Shown: positions 29,612 to 39,997, numbered from the stretch's first letter. The stretch is 64,000 bases of DNA from Alphaproteobacteria bacterium (GCA_965261735.1 OZ253470.1:3296001-3360000); one strand, 5' to 3'. Translations and numbers: made by a program. The notes: generated by a model not told the origin, from the sequence alone.

Positions 29612-30094
29612 ATGAAAATGTTCGTTTTCGAAGGGACTCAAAAGGAGATCCGCGAGGTAGCTCAATCCATGCTGCCGATGGCCTCGGACCACACCGTCTC
29701 GGTCAAGATACCAGAAGAGCGCCGGTCCACCAGCCTGCGGGAACAGAGTTCAGAACAACCGAAAAAGTTCGTCAGCGAGGAGTTTGCCCACCGCGTGTTG
29801 ACGCGTCGACCGCCGCTTTCCGCGCCAGTCAAAGCTGTGTTCAAAGCGCTGAATGACGCCTACCCGGGCTGGGTGCCGTTGACCGACCTGCACGTCGCTG
29901 CAGATTATACCCCCCAGCAGTTCGCGGGACTGATGGGGGCCTTTGGCAGGCGGATGTCACATACCGACGACTATGATGCGGACGCTCACTTCTTCGACTA
30001 TCGGTGGAACGACGAGCGAGAAGCATGGGGCTATGCCCTGCCGGATTCCGTGTACCAGGTGTACCAGGTGTTGAATGCAGACGAAGGCGATTGA
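29612..30094 (+). CDS. Hypothetical protein (possible winged-helix C-terminus)
   Basis: SD AAGGAG, promoter upstream, natural amino-acid composition. Confidence 0.7.
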   Translation: MKMFVFEGTQKEIREVAQSMLPMASDHTVSVKIPEERRSTSLREQSSEQPKKFVSEEFAHRVLTRRPPLSAPVKAVFKALNDAYPGWVPLTDLHVAADYTPQQFAGLMGAFGRRMSHTDDYDADAHFFDYRWNDEREAWGYALPDSVYQVYQVLNADEGD

Positions 30095-30182
30095 CGAGCC
30101 TACGCTGAGAATTGCTCGCCGGTGCAGTGGCGTCGGCGAGCGTTCTCCATGTGCCCTGGAGCTAGTTCACAGACTTCAGGGG

Positions 30183-30274
30183 TGTTGATCGGCGTCGAAT
30201 GTTGACCCCTCACAGTCACGCAATATCAACGCGTTAGAGCGCCGATCGGCGTCGAATCGGCGCGCCGATCAACA
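30183..30274. mobile_element. 92-bp miniature IS21-type element
   Basis: TGTTGATCGGCG...CGCCGATCAACA terminal IRs, internal GATCGGCGTCGAAT repeats and TTGACCCCT motif. Confidence 0.65.
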
Positions 30275-31264
30275 CCATAGCCAGCTGAGCTGGATCATCA
30301 TCGTACGAAGCCGAGCGTTTCCGGCTTTGGAGACGCCTTGCTCCCGAGCGACGGCGCCGCTCTGCCAAGGCGTCGGAGCCAGACCGGCGTAAGAGGCAAG
30401 CTGCCGTCGGTTGGCGAAGTGTCGGAAGAGCCCTTCAAACCAAAGGACCATGGTGAACTCGGGACCGATGCCCCTCAAAGTGTGCAGAACCGCCGCCGGG
30501 GACCGCGGGTCCTCGGCTTGTGACGCCAGAAGCGCATCGCGCTGCTTCTCTACCGTCCTTACCTGTTCGAGAAGGAGTTCCAGACGGTCAAGTTCGCGGC
30601 TGAGCTGTTGCTTCAGGCAGATCGGGAGAGGTCGTCCATCGCCAGTTCTGAGCGCCTCCAGCTTTTGGCGCCGATCGCGCCGAACAGGCTCGTATTCCGT
30701 GATGCCCTGTGCGAACAGAAGCCCCTTTATGCGGTTGACATCCTTAACCCGTTCGGCAGTCAGAGACCGGCGCTCACGGCTGATCTGACGACGGTCCTCC
30801 TGTTCAGGCGTGGGCGCCTTAGCCATGGCGCAGACCCGCGGCTCGCCCCGCTTATGGGCCAGCAAGGCTCTGACCAAGGCTTCGCCGTCGACCCCGTCCG
30901 TCTTGACACGCCGCCGCCGGCGCGACGTGGCTATGGAAGCCGGATCCACAACGTGGCTCTCGATGTTTGCATTCTGAAGGGTCCGATGAATCCAGAACCC
31001 GTCCAGGCCAGCCTCATGGATCACAATCAGACGGTACCGCCGCCCTGTCCGCGTCTGGCACTTTGCCTGCAGTTGGGAAAACCTCGCAAAAAGGCCCGCG
31101 ACATCGCCGCCACGCACCTGGTGCTTGGACATCTTCTCCCCGCTGCCCGGTGACAACGACGTGACGTGCCACGTCGTCAGGCTGAGTTCTAGCGACACGA
31201 AAATCGCGCTTAGATCACTGTGGACAGGAGCCCGCTCTTCAGACACTTGTTTAATCGATGACAT
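30275..31264 (-). pseudogene. IS110-family recombinase, C-terminally truncated
   Basis: FVSLELS, HEAGLDGFWIHR, VKTDGVD, LASYAGLAPTPWQSG, SKAGNARLR; cut by the mini-IS21. Confidence 0.88.
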
Positions 31265-31327
31265 GGTTACCTCCACAGAGTTATGTTGCGACACCACTCT
31301 CAAAAGTGGATCACAATCCATCCCATG

Positions 31328-31571
31328 GATCCTCGACGAGCTCGGGATCAGTCAGTACCGGTTGGCGAAAACGATCGGCGTATCGCCACGCCGCATCAAC
31401 GAAATCGTCCACGGCCGCCGATCCATCACGGCAGACACTGCGCTACGCATGGGGCAAGCCCTCGGAATGACACCGGAGTTTTGGTTGAATCTGCAAAACT
31501 TCTACGACCTGGATGTAGCGCGAGGTTCAAACGAAATCGGCACCATCGAACCGCTTGTTGCCGCAGGCTAG
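31328..31571 (+). pseudogene. higA: HigA-family antitoxin, N-terminus lost at the IS110 end
   Basis: ISQYRLAKTIGVSPRRINEIVHGRRSITADTALR...PEFWLNLQ..YDL. Confidence 0.85.
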
Positions 31572-31622
31572 AGAGAGTGCTCCTGTCGGCGGTCTGCCGC
31601 ACAAGGTCGATCATAGTCTCGC

Positions 31623-32327
31623 TTAGACGCTTGCGTTTGCCCCCGGCTTAGCCTCAGAAGCCAACCGTTCCATCGCCAGGTCAGCCATCACGCGGAGCGC
31701 GACGGCGCCGTTGTGGATGTCGAGCTTCGACTTGACCGCAATGATGGTGTCGAACAGGCGGGAGAAGTCGTCGTAGTGGGCGACGAGCCAGCGCGCTTCC
31801 GTCTTGGCTTGCTGCATGCGGTCGAGCAGCGCAACGAAGGCTTCCTTTTCCTCCGGCAGAAAGGCTAGGTTGATCTCCTCGTACTTCGGCGCCGCGACGC
31901 TGATCGGCGTCGTGTCGATCTCGGTGATGCCCGCGAGGTCCTCCTCGGTGAGCCCTGAATATTCCTTGAAGGCGAAGTCGAGATCGGCCCATAGCTCGGT
32001 CAGGATGCTGGGGTCGTCCAGACCGGCGATGGCATTGTGCGAGAGCTGAATCGCGATCCGCCGCTCACGGTTGAGCGGCGTCGTGATCTCCATGACATCC
32101 ACTTCCTCAAGACCGGCCTTGATCGCCGCCATCACCCGGTGATTGCCGGACAAGACCTCGAGCCTGCCGTCCTCCGTCTCACAAACCAGCGGCACGCTGG
32201 TGAGACAGCCATCGCGGCGGATGTTCTCGACCAGTTGCGAGAACATGGCATCGGTCATATAGCGCGCGTTCTTCTCCAGCAGTGCCAGCTCACGCAGCTT
32301 GACGCGCCGGCTTCGGGTCTTGAGCAT
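31623..32327 (-). CDS. ParB/Srx N-terminal domain protein
   Basis: NARYM, LVENIRRDG, EVLSGNHRVMAA, IQLSHNAIAG. Confidence 0.8.
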   Translation of the reverse strand: MLKTRSRRVKLRELALLEKNARYMTDAMFSQLVENIRRDGCLTSVPLVCETEDGRLEVLSGNHRVMAAIKAGLEEVDVMEITTPLNRERRIAIQLSHNAIAGLDDPSILTELWADLDFAFKEYSGLTEEDLAGITEIDTTPISVAAPKYEEINLAFLPEEKEAFVALLDRMQQAKTEARWLVAHYDDFSRLFDTIIAVKSKLDIHNGAVALRVMADLAMERLASEAKPGANASV

Positions 32328-32420
32328 AGCGCCGGAACCAGTCGCGGTAGATGTCTGTTGTTCGGCGCGCAGGTTCGACGCCGATTGGCGCGCCAAATCT
32401 TTGAGATCCCTTGATTCTAG

Positions 32421-32447
32421 GGGGTCAAACTTACGCGCCGAATAACA
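32421..32447. mobile_element. Isolated IS21-type end
   Basis: GGGGTCAAACTTACGCGCCGAATAACA. Confidence 0.5.
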
Positions 32448-32847
32448 GTACGAGAACGACAAGCCCCTCAAGGTGGCATCGGAGATCCAGCCCGAGAGCG
32501 TCATCGGCCTCCAGGTCGACACCGCAGTGCACGACCCGGCCGAGTACTCCGTCTCCGACCTCCCCGACGGGTTCGCGCTCAAGATCACAGCCTCACGGTG
32601 ATTGGCAAACTCCCCAGCCACTGTCGGCCCCAGACCACCGTCCGCTGTCCCACCTTCCACGGCACTCGGTGAGAATCGTCGCCGCCAGGATTGCGGAAAC
32701 TCTTCTCGCCGACGTCAACACTTCCCCCGGAGACGGCCCCCGTCGACGATGTGGACACAGCATAGCGCCAGTGGTTATCGTCTGTTGTTCAATTCTTCGG
32801 GCCGCAGAATGGTTGCTTGCGCACCCAGTCCACCGACAAGGGTACCG

Positions 32848-33171
32848 ATGACCAAATCCGATCCGAAGGTCGCCGACGAAGTCCCCTGGTCCGATGGCAT
32901 CACCGCGTACGACGACCGGCACCACGAAACGTACCTTCACCTTCTCGACGCTGAAGCGGAAGGCGTCGGAAAGCACGAGATGGCCCGGCTCATTCTCGGT
33001 TTTGACCCCACCGGCGAGCCGGAGCGAGCCCACAAGGCCGTAAACAGCCACCTTGCGCGGACTCGTTGGATGACCAAGGTCGGCTATCGCCACTTCCTCG
33101 TTGGCCGCCACCCAGCGCCGAGCGCGAGCGGGACGAACAGGCCGACCTCCTCCGGTCGCTCGGCATGTTGA
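32848..33171 (+). CDS. DUF2285 protein, QseM-like antiactivator
   Basis: DEVPWSDGITAYD...YLHLLDAEA...EMARLILGFDPTGEPERA...SHLAR.RWM...GY matches the QseM pattern. Confidence 0.75.
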   Translation: MTKSDPKVADEVPWSDGITAYDDRHHETYLHLLDAEAEGVGKHEMARLILGFDPTGEPERAHKAVNSHLARTRWMTKVGYRHFLVGRHPAPSASGTNRPTSSGRSAC

Positions 33172-33241
33172 CTCGTCCGCCCGACGGCCGGACCAGCTAC
33201 TGAAAGGCCGGCACCAGCGACAACCGACCAATGGATCTACA

Positions 33242-33964
33242 TTGAGATACGCACTCGTCAACGGCAATCGCACTGAGCCCCAGCCAAAGCTCACCGGGAT
33301 CTGCAATTTCTGCGGACTTGAAATGCTCTCAAAATGCGGTCGCTTTGTCTCGTGGCACTGGGCGCACAAACGCAAGTCCAATTGCGATCCATGGTTGGAG
33401 GGTGAAACTGACTGGCATCTTCAGTGGAAAGACCGCTTTCCGGCGGACTGGCAGGAGATCTTACAAGTCGATAACCAAACGAAGGAAAGACATATCGCCG
33501 ATGTCAAGACGCCGGCCGGGCTGGTCGTAGAAATCCAACATTCCCCGATTTCCGAACAGGAGTTGCAAAGTAGGGAATGCTTCTACGGAGACACGATCTG
33601 GATCGTCGATGCCCGAGATCTCGAGGGATATTTCTCTATCGGCATGACTTATGGCCTCGCTTCTATCGAGCCTATTTCGTATCACATCCGCTGGTGGAGC
33701 AGCAGCAAGCTACTTCAGCGGTGGTCGGCAGCGACAAAACCTGTCTACTTCGATATTCACTCGCAGGAGAATTCAAACCTTCTGAGATTGATGGATTTCA
33801 ACTCCGTCGAAAATTCTGGAATCCTCTCCCCCATCCCCTCCGATGCTCTCGTAAACGCCGCGCGCAATGGCGACCCCTTGCCCGTGATGCGATGTGATGA
33901 AGCGGATGCGAAGCGCTACAGTCGGTACCGGCAGATGGTTAAAGCTCCCGGAATTGGCGACTGA
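33242..33964 (+). CDS. CoiA-family nuclease-like protein
   Basis: CNFC, KCG...WHWAH, CDPW.EGETDWHLQWK, HIADV, EIQHS. Confidence 0.82.
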   Translation: MRYALVNGNRTEPQPKLTGICNFCGLEMLSKCGRFVSWHWAHKRKSNCDPWLEGETDWHLQWKDRFPADWQEILQVDNQTKERHIADVKTPAGLVVEIQHSPISEQELQSRECFYGDTIWIVDARDLEGYFSIGMTYGLASIEPISYHIRWWSSSKLLQRWSAATKPVYFDIHSQENSNLLRLMDFNSVENSGILSPIPSDALVNAARNGDPLPVMRCDEADAKRYSRYRQMVKAPGIGD

Positions 33965-34034
33965 AGCAACAGGTAATACCTGAGACAAGAGGATTCGGAC
34001 GGTGCACACAGAAGCCTGACGCATTGGGGGTCTC

Positions 34035-34241
34035 ATGCCGACATACAAGCAAATTCAGACTTGGGTTCGCTCCCGTTACGGCTGGACGCCCGAGACATGC
34101 TGGATTGCCCATTGCAAGGAACTATCCCGCATTCCTGTTGGTCGCGCTTGGAACCGCCAGGACGGAGGGCGGGCCAAGCCCTGCCCGCCCGATAGACAGG
34201 AGGCAATCTTCGAGGCATTCCGCCACTTCGGCATAACTTGA
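34035..34241 (+). CDS. Small conserved hypothetical protein
   Basis: TYKQIQ.WV...CWIAHCKE...KPCPPDRQEAIFEAFRHFG; G-rich SD. Confidence 0.7.
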   Translation: MPTYKQIQTWVRSRYGWTPETCWIAHCKELSRIPVGRAWNRQDGGRAKPCPPDRQEAIFEAFRHFGIT

Positions 34242-34391
34242 GCGAATTCCCGGCGCACTCGCCCTTGACTGCCTTCGAACATTGGCCTTGAACCCGCGTC
34301 GCTACGAGGGCTGATTGATCACTTCCGGCGGACTTGGCACGTGTTCGTGCCAGTCAGAACCGAGTTCCACGCCCGACTTCTCTCCGTTTCT

Positions 34392-35312
34392 CTATGGTGG
34401 CCACCCGCGCATTCGAGTCGTCTCTTCAAACCGCACTGGATCATCGTCTCGGCGAAGCTTGTCCAGATTCAAGAACTCGAGCGGTCGGTTGTCGACGTAA
34501 ATCACCATACTGACAAAGCTTGGCGCAATGTCCCAAACTCTGCTCGCTACAGTCTCGTACAGCCTCGACTTCGCTTCATCGAGCGTGTCTCCCCGCAGCC
34601 GATAGCCGTTCCTATGCATCCTCATTCCGGGAATTTCCGGTTGCGTCCTGAACCAGTGCGTCCGTCTCCTTGCCGTCCACCACTGTTTCGCAATTCTTCG
34701 ATTGCGACCTGGCATGAGCACTTCAAATGCGTCGACAACGAACCCCACAGACCCAGCAATTGCTTCACCTACATTGACTGCCCAACCTATGCTGTTGGAC
34801 ATGATCGCATCCACCAACCCCCATTTGAACCGCTGCCGAATGGCAACCACTCTGCGTTTGTGTCTGGCGTCCTTTTCTCGCAGCGAATCGAGAAATTCAC
34901 ATTCGGCCGAAAACGTCACGGTATCGTCCTTGCTCTCATACGAGACTATCCTGCCTGTATTGATGCAAACCCTCCGCATTACGTTGCCGTTCGCATCCAC
35001 CGCGCAAATCATCCACTGCATTTTGCGGTCTCTATAGTATTCTTCAGACAGAACCTCCCGCATTTCCTTGCTCATCGGGAGCGAGGCAGACATTCTGCCT
35101 CGCTCGCTGGTCTCCGAAGACAAAACACTCCACATGCTCGACGCATCCTGTCTCAAGACATTGCCGATTCCGTGCCATTCGTGACCTTCCCACTCTAATG
35201 AACCTTGGCCGGAATGAACCCGCATGGGAAAGAACATGAAGTCAAAATGGACGAACAGGTAAGCTCCGTTCTTCTCCCAGCTATCGACGGCCTTGCCGTA
35301 CGCGCTCTGCAT
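34392..35312 (-). CDS. Hypothetical protein (N-terminus resembles phage tail hub proteins)
   Basis: Long ORF; FDF...RVHSGQGSLEWEGHEWHGIG motif. Confidence 0.6.
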   Translation of the reverse strand: MQSAYGKAVDSWEKNGAYLFVHFDFMFFPMRVHSGQGSLEWEGHEWHGIGNVLRQDASSMWSVLSSETSERGRMSASLPMSKEMREVLSEEYYRDRKMQWMICAVDANGNVMRRVCINTGRIVSYESKDDTVTFSAECEFLDSLREKDARHKRRVVAIRQRFKWGLVDAIMSNSIGWAVNVGEAIAGSVGFVVDAFEVLMPGRNRRIAKQWWTARRRTHWFRTQPEIPGMRMHRNGYRLRGDTLDEAKSRLYETVASRVWDIAPSFVSMVIYVDNRPLEFLNLDKLRRDDDPVRFEETTRMRGWPP

Positions 35313-35447
35313 CAATGGCCTCCATAACCGCAAGCCCAGTGGATACCGAATGTGCGGGCTCAGCTTCGCCCCTCCCATCGGTGCTGAAGCGTTTGCCGAA
35401 TACGCTTCATGACGTTGCGTCCCTCGGCTCGTACTCCTTCCGCCGAC

Positions 35448-35990
35448 CTTTCAAATACCCACATCGTTGATTTTCAGAGTGGCCCCAAGGGCTTTGTCGT
35501 TCAACCGGGAGAGGCCGCGCCACATGACGATATTGCCCGGCGGCGGATCCTTGGTGAGTGCGAGATAGCCGCCAAGCCTTGCGACCTTGATGAGATAGAA
35601 CGAGAGCGTTCGGGCAGGGGAAGGATCGGCGGTTGGATCGGGGATCAGGCGATCGAGGATGTTCGTATCCAACTTGGTCAGCACCAGGGCCGGTTCAAGG
35701 TCCGGCTTGGCTCGGTTGAGCATCGTCAACCAGAACACGCGCCAACTCAGGATACAGAACACCGCGAGCAACCGGACCAGCCGCTCAGCAGTGCGCAGTC
35801 GTGCCTGCTCGGCCCGACAGCCCGATTTCAGGATCTTGTGAAAGACCTCGATCTTCCAGCACATAGCATACCATTGCAGCTTTTCCACGGCATTAGCGTG
35901 GCTAACGGCGGCGTCGGGGCCGAAGACAGAATTCTGGCCCACGATACCCTCATCGTCGATCGCTTGCGCACGCCAGTCGCGGGCTCCATC
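35448..35990 (-). mobile_element. IS4-family transposase C-terminal fragment with right end
   Basis: WYAMCWKIEVFHKILKSGCRAE, ARLGGYL...DPPPGNIVMWRG; end TGTGGGTATTTGAAAG. Confidence 0.8.
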
Positions 35991-36780
35991 GTTCCCGCCA
36001 CAATCGAGACGCTCGCAACAAGCCGGCCGCCACCGGAGCCAAATGTAACGGACTTTTGAACGCGCCCCAACGATAGCGCCGACGGCGGTGCAATCCACCC
36101 GCTCGGCGTCCTGCCGGAAAGTTCGTCACTACGCCACCCGAGCCCCGGCCACCGTTCGAAAAATCCGTCCCGCGCACCCTCCGCGTCAAGGCCCCGATGC
36201 TTCCAAACCCGAAACCCGTGCCGCGGCCCACCGCGACGACACTCTTCGTCGCGGTTTCCTTTGCGAGCAGCGCGCCGCAAAGAGTTCGAGTTTGGCCGGG
36301 AGGCGGGCGGTGGATGGGCACTCGAGAGAGCGCGCCCCGCCGTTCGCAACCACGGAACCATGGGAGACGGCACAAATGCAGATGGCCACAATGCTTCGTC
36401 GCAGCACGCGCACTTTCCTCACACACTTATTCGGCCCGGGCCTCGATGACGACCGCTACGTGATTGAGCGGTTCCAGTCGAAGGCCGACGGCGAGATCCT
36501 CCCCCGGCACGGCAGTGGGGCCTCGAAGAAGGGCCGGGGCAAGGCTTCCCGCGAGATCGTCTCCCTGAGCACCGTCCAGCGGATGAGGCCCGAGCGCGAC
36601 GAGATCATCATCTGCACGGGCCTCAACTGCTCCAACCTCGGCGTTCAATATTGGGGTGACCGAGCGGTGGGCCTGTTCGTAAACGCCAAATATCGCTGAC
36701 CTGCGGTCGCCTGGGACGTCCAGCAGGGCTTCGCCGGCCGGACGTCCTTCGCCGGGACTACAACCGCGGAAAGGAGAAAC

Positions 36781-38224
36781 ATGCCATACAAAGATCCCGA
36801 GCAAGAACGAAATCCAGAGCTCTGGATTTCGTTCTTTATGCCGAGTAGTTGTTAATGCCGAGTCGCCTGTGGAAGATGGCTGATTCATGCGGTTATTCCT
36901 CACTTTCACTCGGCATTAATTCCAGGCATCCCCGCCCGCCGAGAACTCTCATCGGGCTGTCCGTCGCACCGGGGAAAGTCCCTGGCCGGATGGAGGGCGG
37001 TACGTTGGTCTCAAGGATTCGCAGTTTTTCGGCCGGGCTGGCCCGGAGGTACGCTTCGGTGGTTTTGATGTCCGCATGACCGAGCCAGAGCGAGACCTTC
37101 CGGATATCCCCGGTTGCATGCAGGATCGTCATCGCCGTGGAATGACGGAGCACATGCGGGGTAACCCGCTTGCCCTCGATCGACGGAATCCCTTCACGAA
37201 CGCGGAGATCGTCGATGAACGCAAAAATGATTGGGTCGAAGCCGGCCAGTGCCGTGATCCCCGGAAGGGACTGGTGGTCGGGTCTTGAAGCCATTGTCGT
37301 CCTCCATTTCATTGAAAGGGAGAACGACTCTATCGAAGCGGGGACGCCTGGAATTGAAGCGGGGATGCCTGGAATTAATGCCGAGTGAAAGTGAGGAATA
37401 ACCGCATGAATCAGCCATCTTCCACAGGCGACTCGGCATTAACAACTACTCGGCATAAAGAACGCGCATGCGGGCGTCGGCGTTATGAACGCATCACCGC
37501 CGAGCGGATCGCCCGCGGCATGTGTCCGAGGTGCGGAAAGGCGAAGCCCGCGCCCGATCGGACCTTGTGCCGGCACTGCGGCGAAAAGCGTCGCAAGGCC
37601 GAGCGCGCAAGATGCGCCAGGGCCAAGGCGGCCGGCATTCTTTACGGCGGCAGAGACCCGGAACGGTGCCGAGAGTTTGCGCGCGACAGGAGCAGGCGGC
37701 GTGATCGGGCACGGCGGGACGCTCGCACGTGCACGCGCTGTGGCACACATCCACCCATTGAAGGCGGCACGGTATGCGAACCGTGCCACGTGGCACGGCG
37801 TGACAGGGAGCGGGAACAATATGCCGCGCGGCGAATCGCCGGCTTGTGCGGCCGGTGCGGGACGCCCGCGCCCAGCGATACAGCGTATTGCGACCGGTGC
37901 GCCAGGAGCGCGGCCAAACGCTCAAGGAAAAAAGCGAAGAATACAAGAAGCCGCCAGCGTTACGTCCAGCGGCGAGTACGAAGGCTTTGTATAGATTGTG
38001 CCGCACCGTCCCAGGGCGCGTCCCGGTGTCCCCCGTGCGCCCGCCGGTCCTGGGCACGTTCGGGAGAGCATCGCGGTCTGCCGGTTCTGCCACCTCGAGT
38101 TACGGTCATCGAGATCGCCTCGGGGGTCAATCATGGGACATGGGACCGGTGGGAAGATGTAGTGGTCTGCCTGGCCTTCGCCAAGCTTTCCCGGGACCAA
38201 GTGGAGCTGATCCCGGATATGTAG
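36781..38224 (+). pseudogene. Cys-rich multi-CxxC protein split by a RIT-like insertion
   Basis: SD AAGGAG + MPYKDPEQER (36781-36809) rejoins in frame with ACGRRRYE at 37465; eight CxxC motifs. Confidence 0.75.
36830..37464. mobile_element. RIT-like remnant: 106-bp perfect inverted repeats around a tyrosine-recombinase C-terminal fragment
   Basis: 36830-36935 is the reverse complement of 37359-37464 with TTATGCCG/CGGCATAA motifs; TPHVLRHS...WLGHADIKTTEAY on minus strand. Confidence 0.75.
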
Positions 38225-38546
38225 AGCACCGCCCGGTATGCGGCGCGGGCGTCCGAAAGCTCGTTGCCGCACGCTGCGCACGCTTCCGGGAATTTGCGCC
38301 TTTGCGCCTTGCGCGGCTCACCGGCACGAACCGTCAAAACCGCCATATTGGGGAAATGCGTCGCGACGTTTCACGTGCTTCCCGACGCCTCCATATATGT
38401 GTGCCCGGCAACATGGACCCGACATGATCCTCCCCGCCTCGCGGCGCGGCACATAGAGAGTCAAAGGACGGCTCAGCCGGGGTGATTCAGGAGATGCGCG
38501 GAGGGCGTCATTTCCCCCGGCGTCCCCGCCAACCTGCTTTGCACCC

Positions 38547-38873
38547 ATGGAGGCCCACATGCTCGATGCGCTCACAGCTCCACGCGACGAAGACGATCTC
38601 AACACAGGCGCGGGATGCCGGCCGGATCCCGGCGGGTTCCAGCCGGAAGCACGGACCGGCGCACGCGAGGCTGCCGGCCACATGAAGGATCTGGCTGAAC
38701 GCTTCGCCGAACTGCGGAACGCGATCATGCGCCTGCCCGGCAATCCGTCCCGCGACGATCGCGCCGGGCTCCGCCACCGGCTTCTCCATCTGGAACACAC
38801 CTTGATGAGCGCGAGGGGCAGCCTCGACGACGTCATCATTGCCATTGCCGACGCAAACGACGCGGCCCTGTGA
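38547..38873 (+). CDS. Hypothetical protein
   Basis: ORF with SD GGAGG; helical composition. Confidence 0.5.
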   Translation: MEAHMLDALTAPRDEDDLNTGAGCRPDPGGFQPEARTGAREAAGHMKDLAERFAELRNAIMRLPGNPSRDDRAGLRHRLLHLEHTLMSARGSLDDVIIAIADANDAAL

Positions 38874-39089
38874 TCACAGCTAACCGGCCGCGGTGACTCA
38901 ATTCCGCCTTGGTTGGCCAGCGCAAGGCCCGGTGACGAAGACCGCGGACACGACATGCCGCCAACGTTCCGGCCTTCCTCAACCAATGCGCAATGAGAGT
39001 TTGAGGAAGGCAAAGAAAAGGGCAAGGCGCCGGAGGCGACAAAGAGAGTTCCGCCGGTGGCGTCCCAACCCCACACACAGGAGGCGCAG

Positions 39090-39281
39090 ATGTTCAATTC
39101 CATTTTCACAATTGCAAACTCCTTCGACACCCAGCCGGACCCCGGCAGCATCGAAGATACCGATCCACCCTTCATCGCACCGTTGCCCGACACCGGCGAA
39201 CTACTGGCCGCGGCCGGATTGCCGGCCCACGCGATCCGCGAAGTTCTCGCCTCCCGGACTTACACCGGCGCGGACGGCTGA
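39090..39281 (+). CDS. Hypothetical protein
   Basis: SD AGGAGG before ATG (MFNSIF...). Confidence 0.45.
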   Translation: MFNSIFTIANSFDTQPDPGSIEDTDPPFIAPLPDTGELLAAAGLPAHAIREVLASRTYTGADG

Positions 39282-39387
39282 ATAGAGGAAGAGAAGGGCT
39301 TGTAGAGAATGAACGGAGAAGGGATCGAGAGAGACCGGTTCCCGTTCGCTAACCCGATGTCATAACCCGGATCATAGGAGATTGATC

Positions 39388-39825
39388 ATGTTCGGACTGA
39401 ATAACGCGCAGTTGATCGGACGCCTCGGCGCCGACGCCACCATCAGCCATCTCACCAACGGCGGCCGCGTCGCCAACGTTTCGATCGCGACCGACGAGAG
39501 TTTCCTCGACAAAAATTCGGGCGACAAGGTGGACCGCACCGAATGGCACCGCATCGTCACCTTCCAGGACGGCCTGGTGGAGATGATGGAGAAGCACGCG
39601 AAGAAGGGCCGCCTGGTCTACGTGTCGGGCAAGCTGCAGACCCGCAAGTGGCGCAAGGACGGCGAGGACAGCGACCGTTTCTCGACCGAGATCCTGCTGG
39701 TCCCCGGCGGCCGGGTGCAATTTCTCGACAAGCCGAAAGGAAACGGCACGCCGTCGATGAACGGCGACTCCGTGCCTTCCGCCCAAACCGCCGCGACGGT
39801 GCATGACAGCGAAATTCCGTTCTAA
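39388..39825 (+). CDS. ssb: Single-stranded DNA-binding protein
   Basis: LIGRLGAD, RTEWHRIV, GKLQTRKW, C-terminal EIPF. Confidence 0.95.
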   Translation: MFGLNNAQLIGRLGADATISHLTNGGRVANVSIATDESFLDKNSGDKVDRTEWHRIVTFQDGLVEMMEKHAKKGRLVYVSGKLQTRKWRKDGEDSDRFSTEILLVPGGRVQFLDKPKGNGTPSMNGDSVPSAQTAATVHDSEIPF

Positions 39826-39852
39826 ACGGCTTCCTCCCTCCCGCATAACTCA

Positions 39853-39896
39853 GGGCCAGTCCCCGCCAAATGGCACGGGGCTGGCCCCTTTTTTTG
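39853..39896 (+). terminator. Rho-independent terminator after ssb
   Basis: GGGCCAGTCCC...GGGGCTGGCCCC followed by a T-run. Confidence 0.7.
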
Positions 39897-39997
39897 GAGT
39901 CCCGTTCGAGGCGGGACTGAAGGGGCGTCCCGCAAAAGGCACGGAAGATTCCCCATGAAACCACTTCACGCCATCGCTCCCCAAAGAAATCGCTCCC

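Noticed and set aside
30275-31330. Functional IS110 bridge-RNA system
   Set aside because: Recombinase is truncated, one element end is lost and the remaining non-coding end is only ~60 bp
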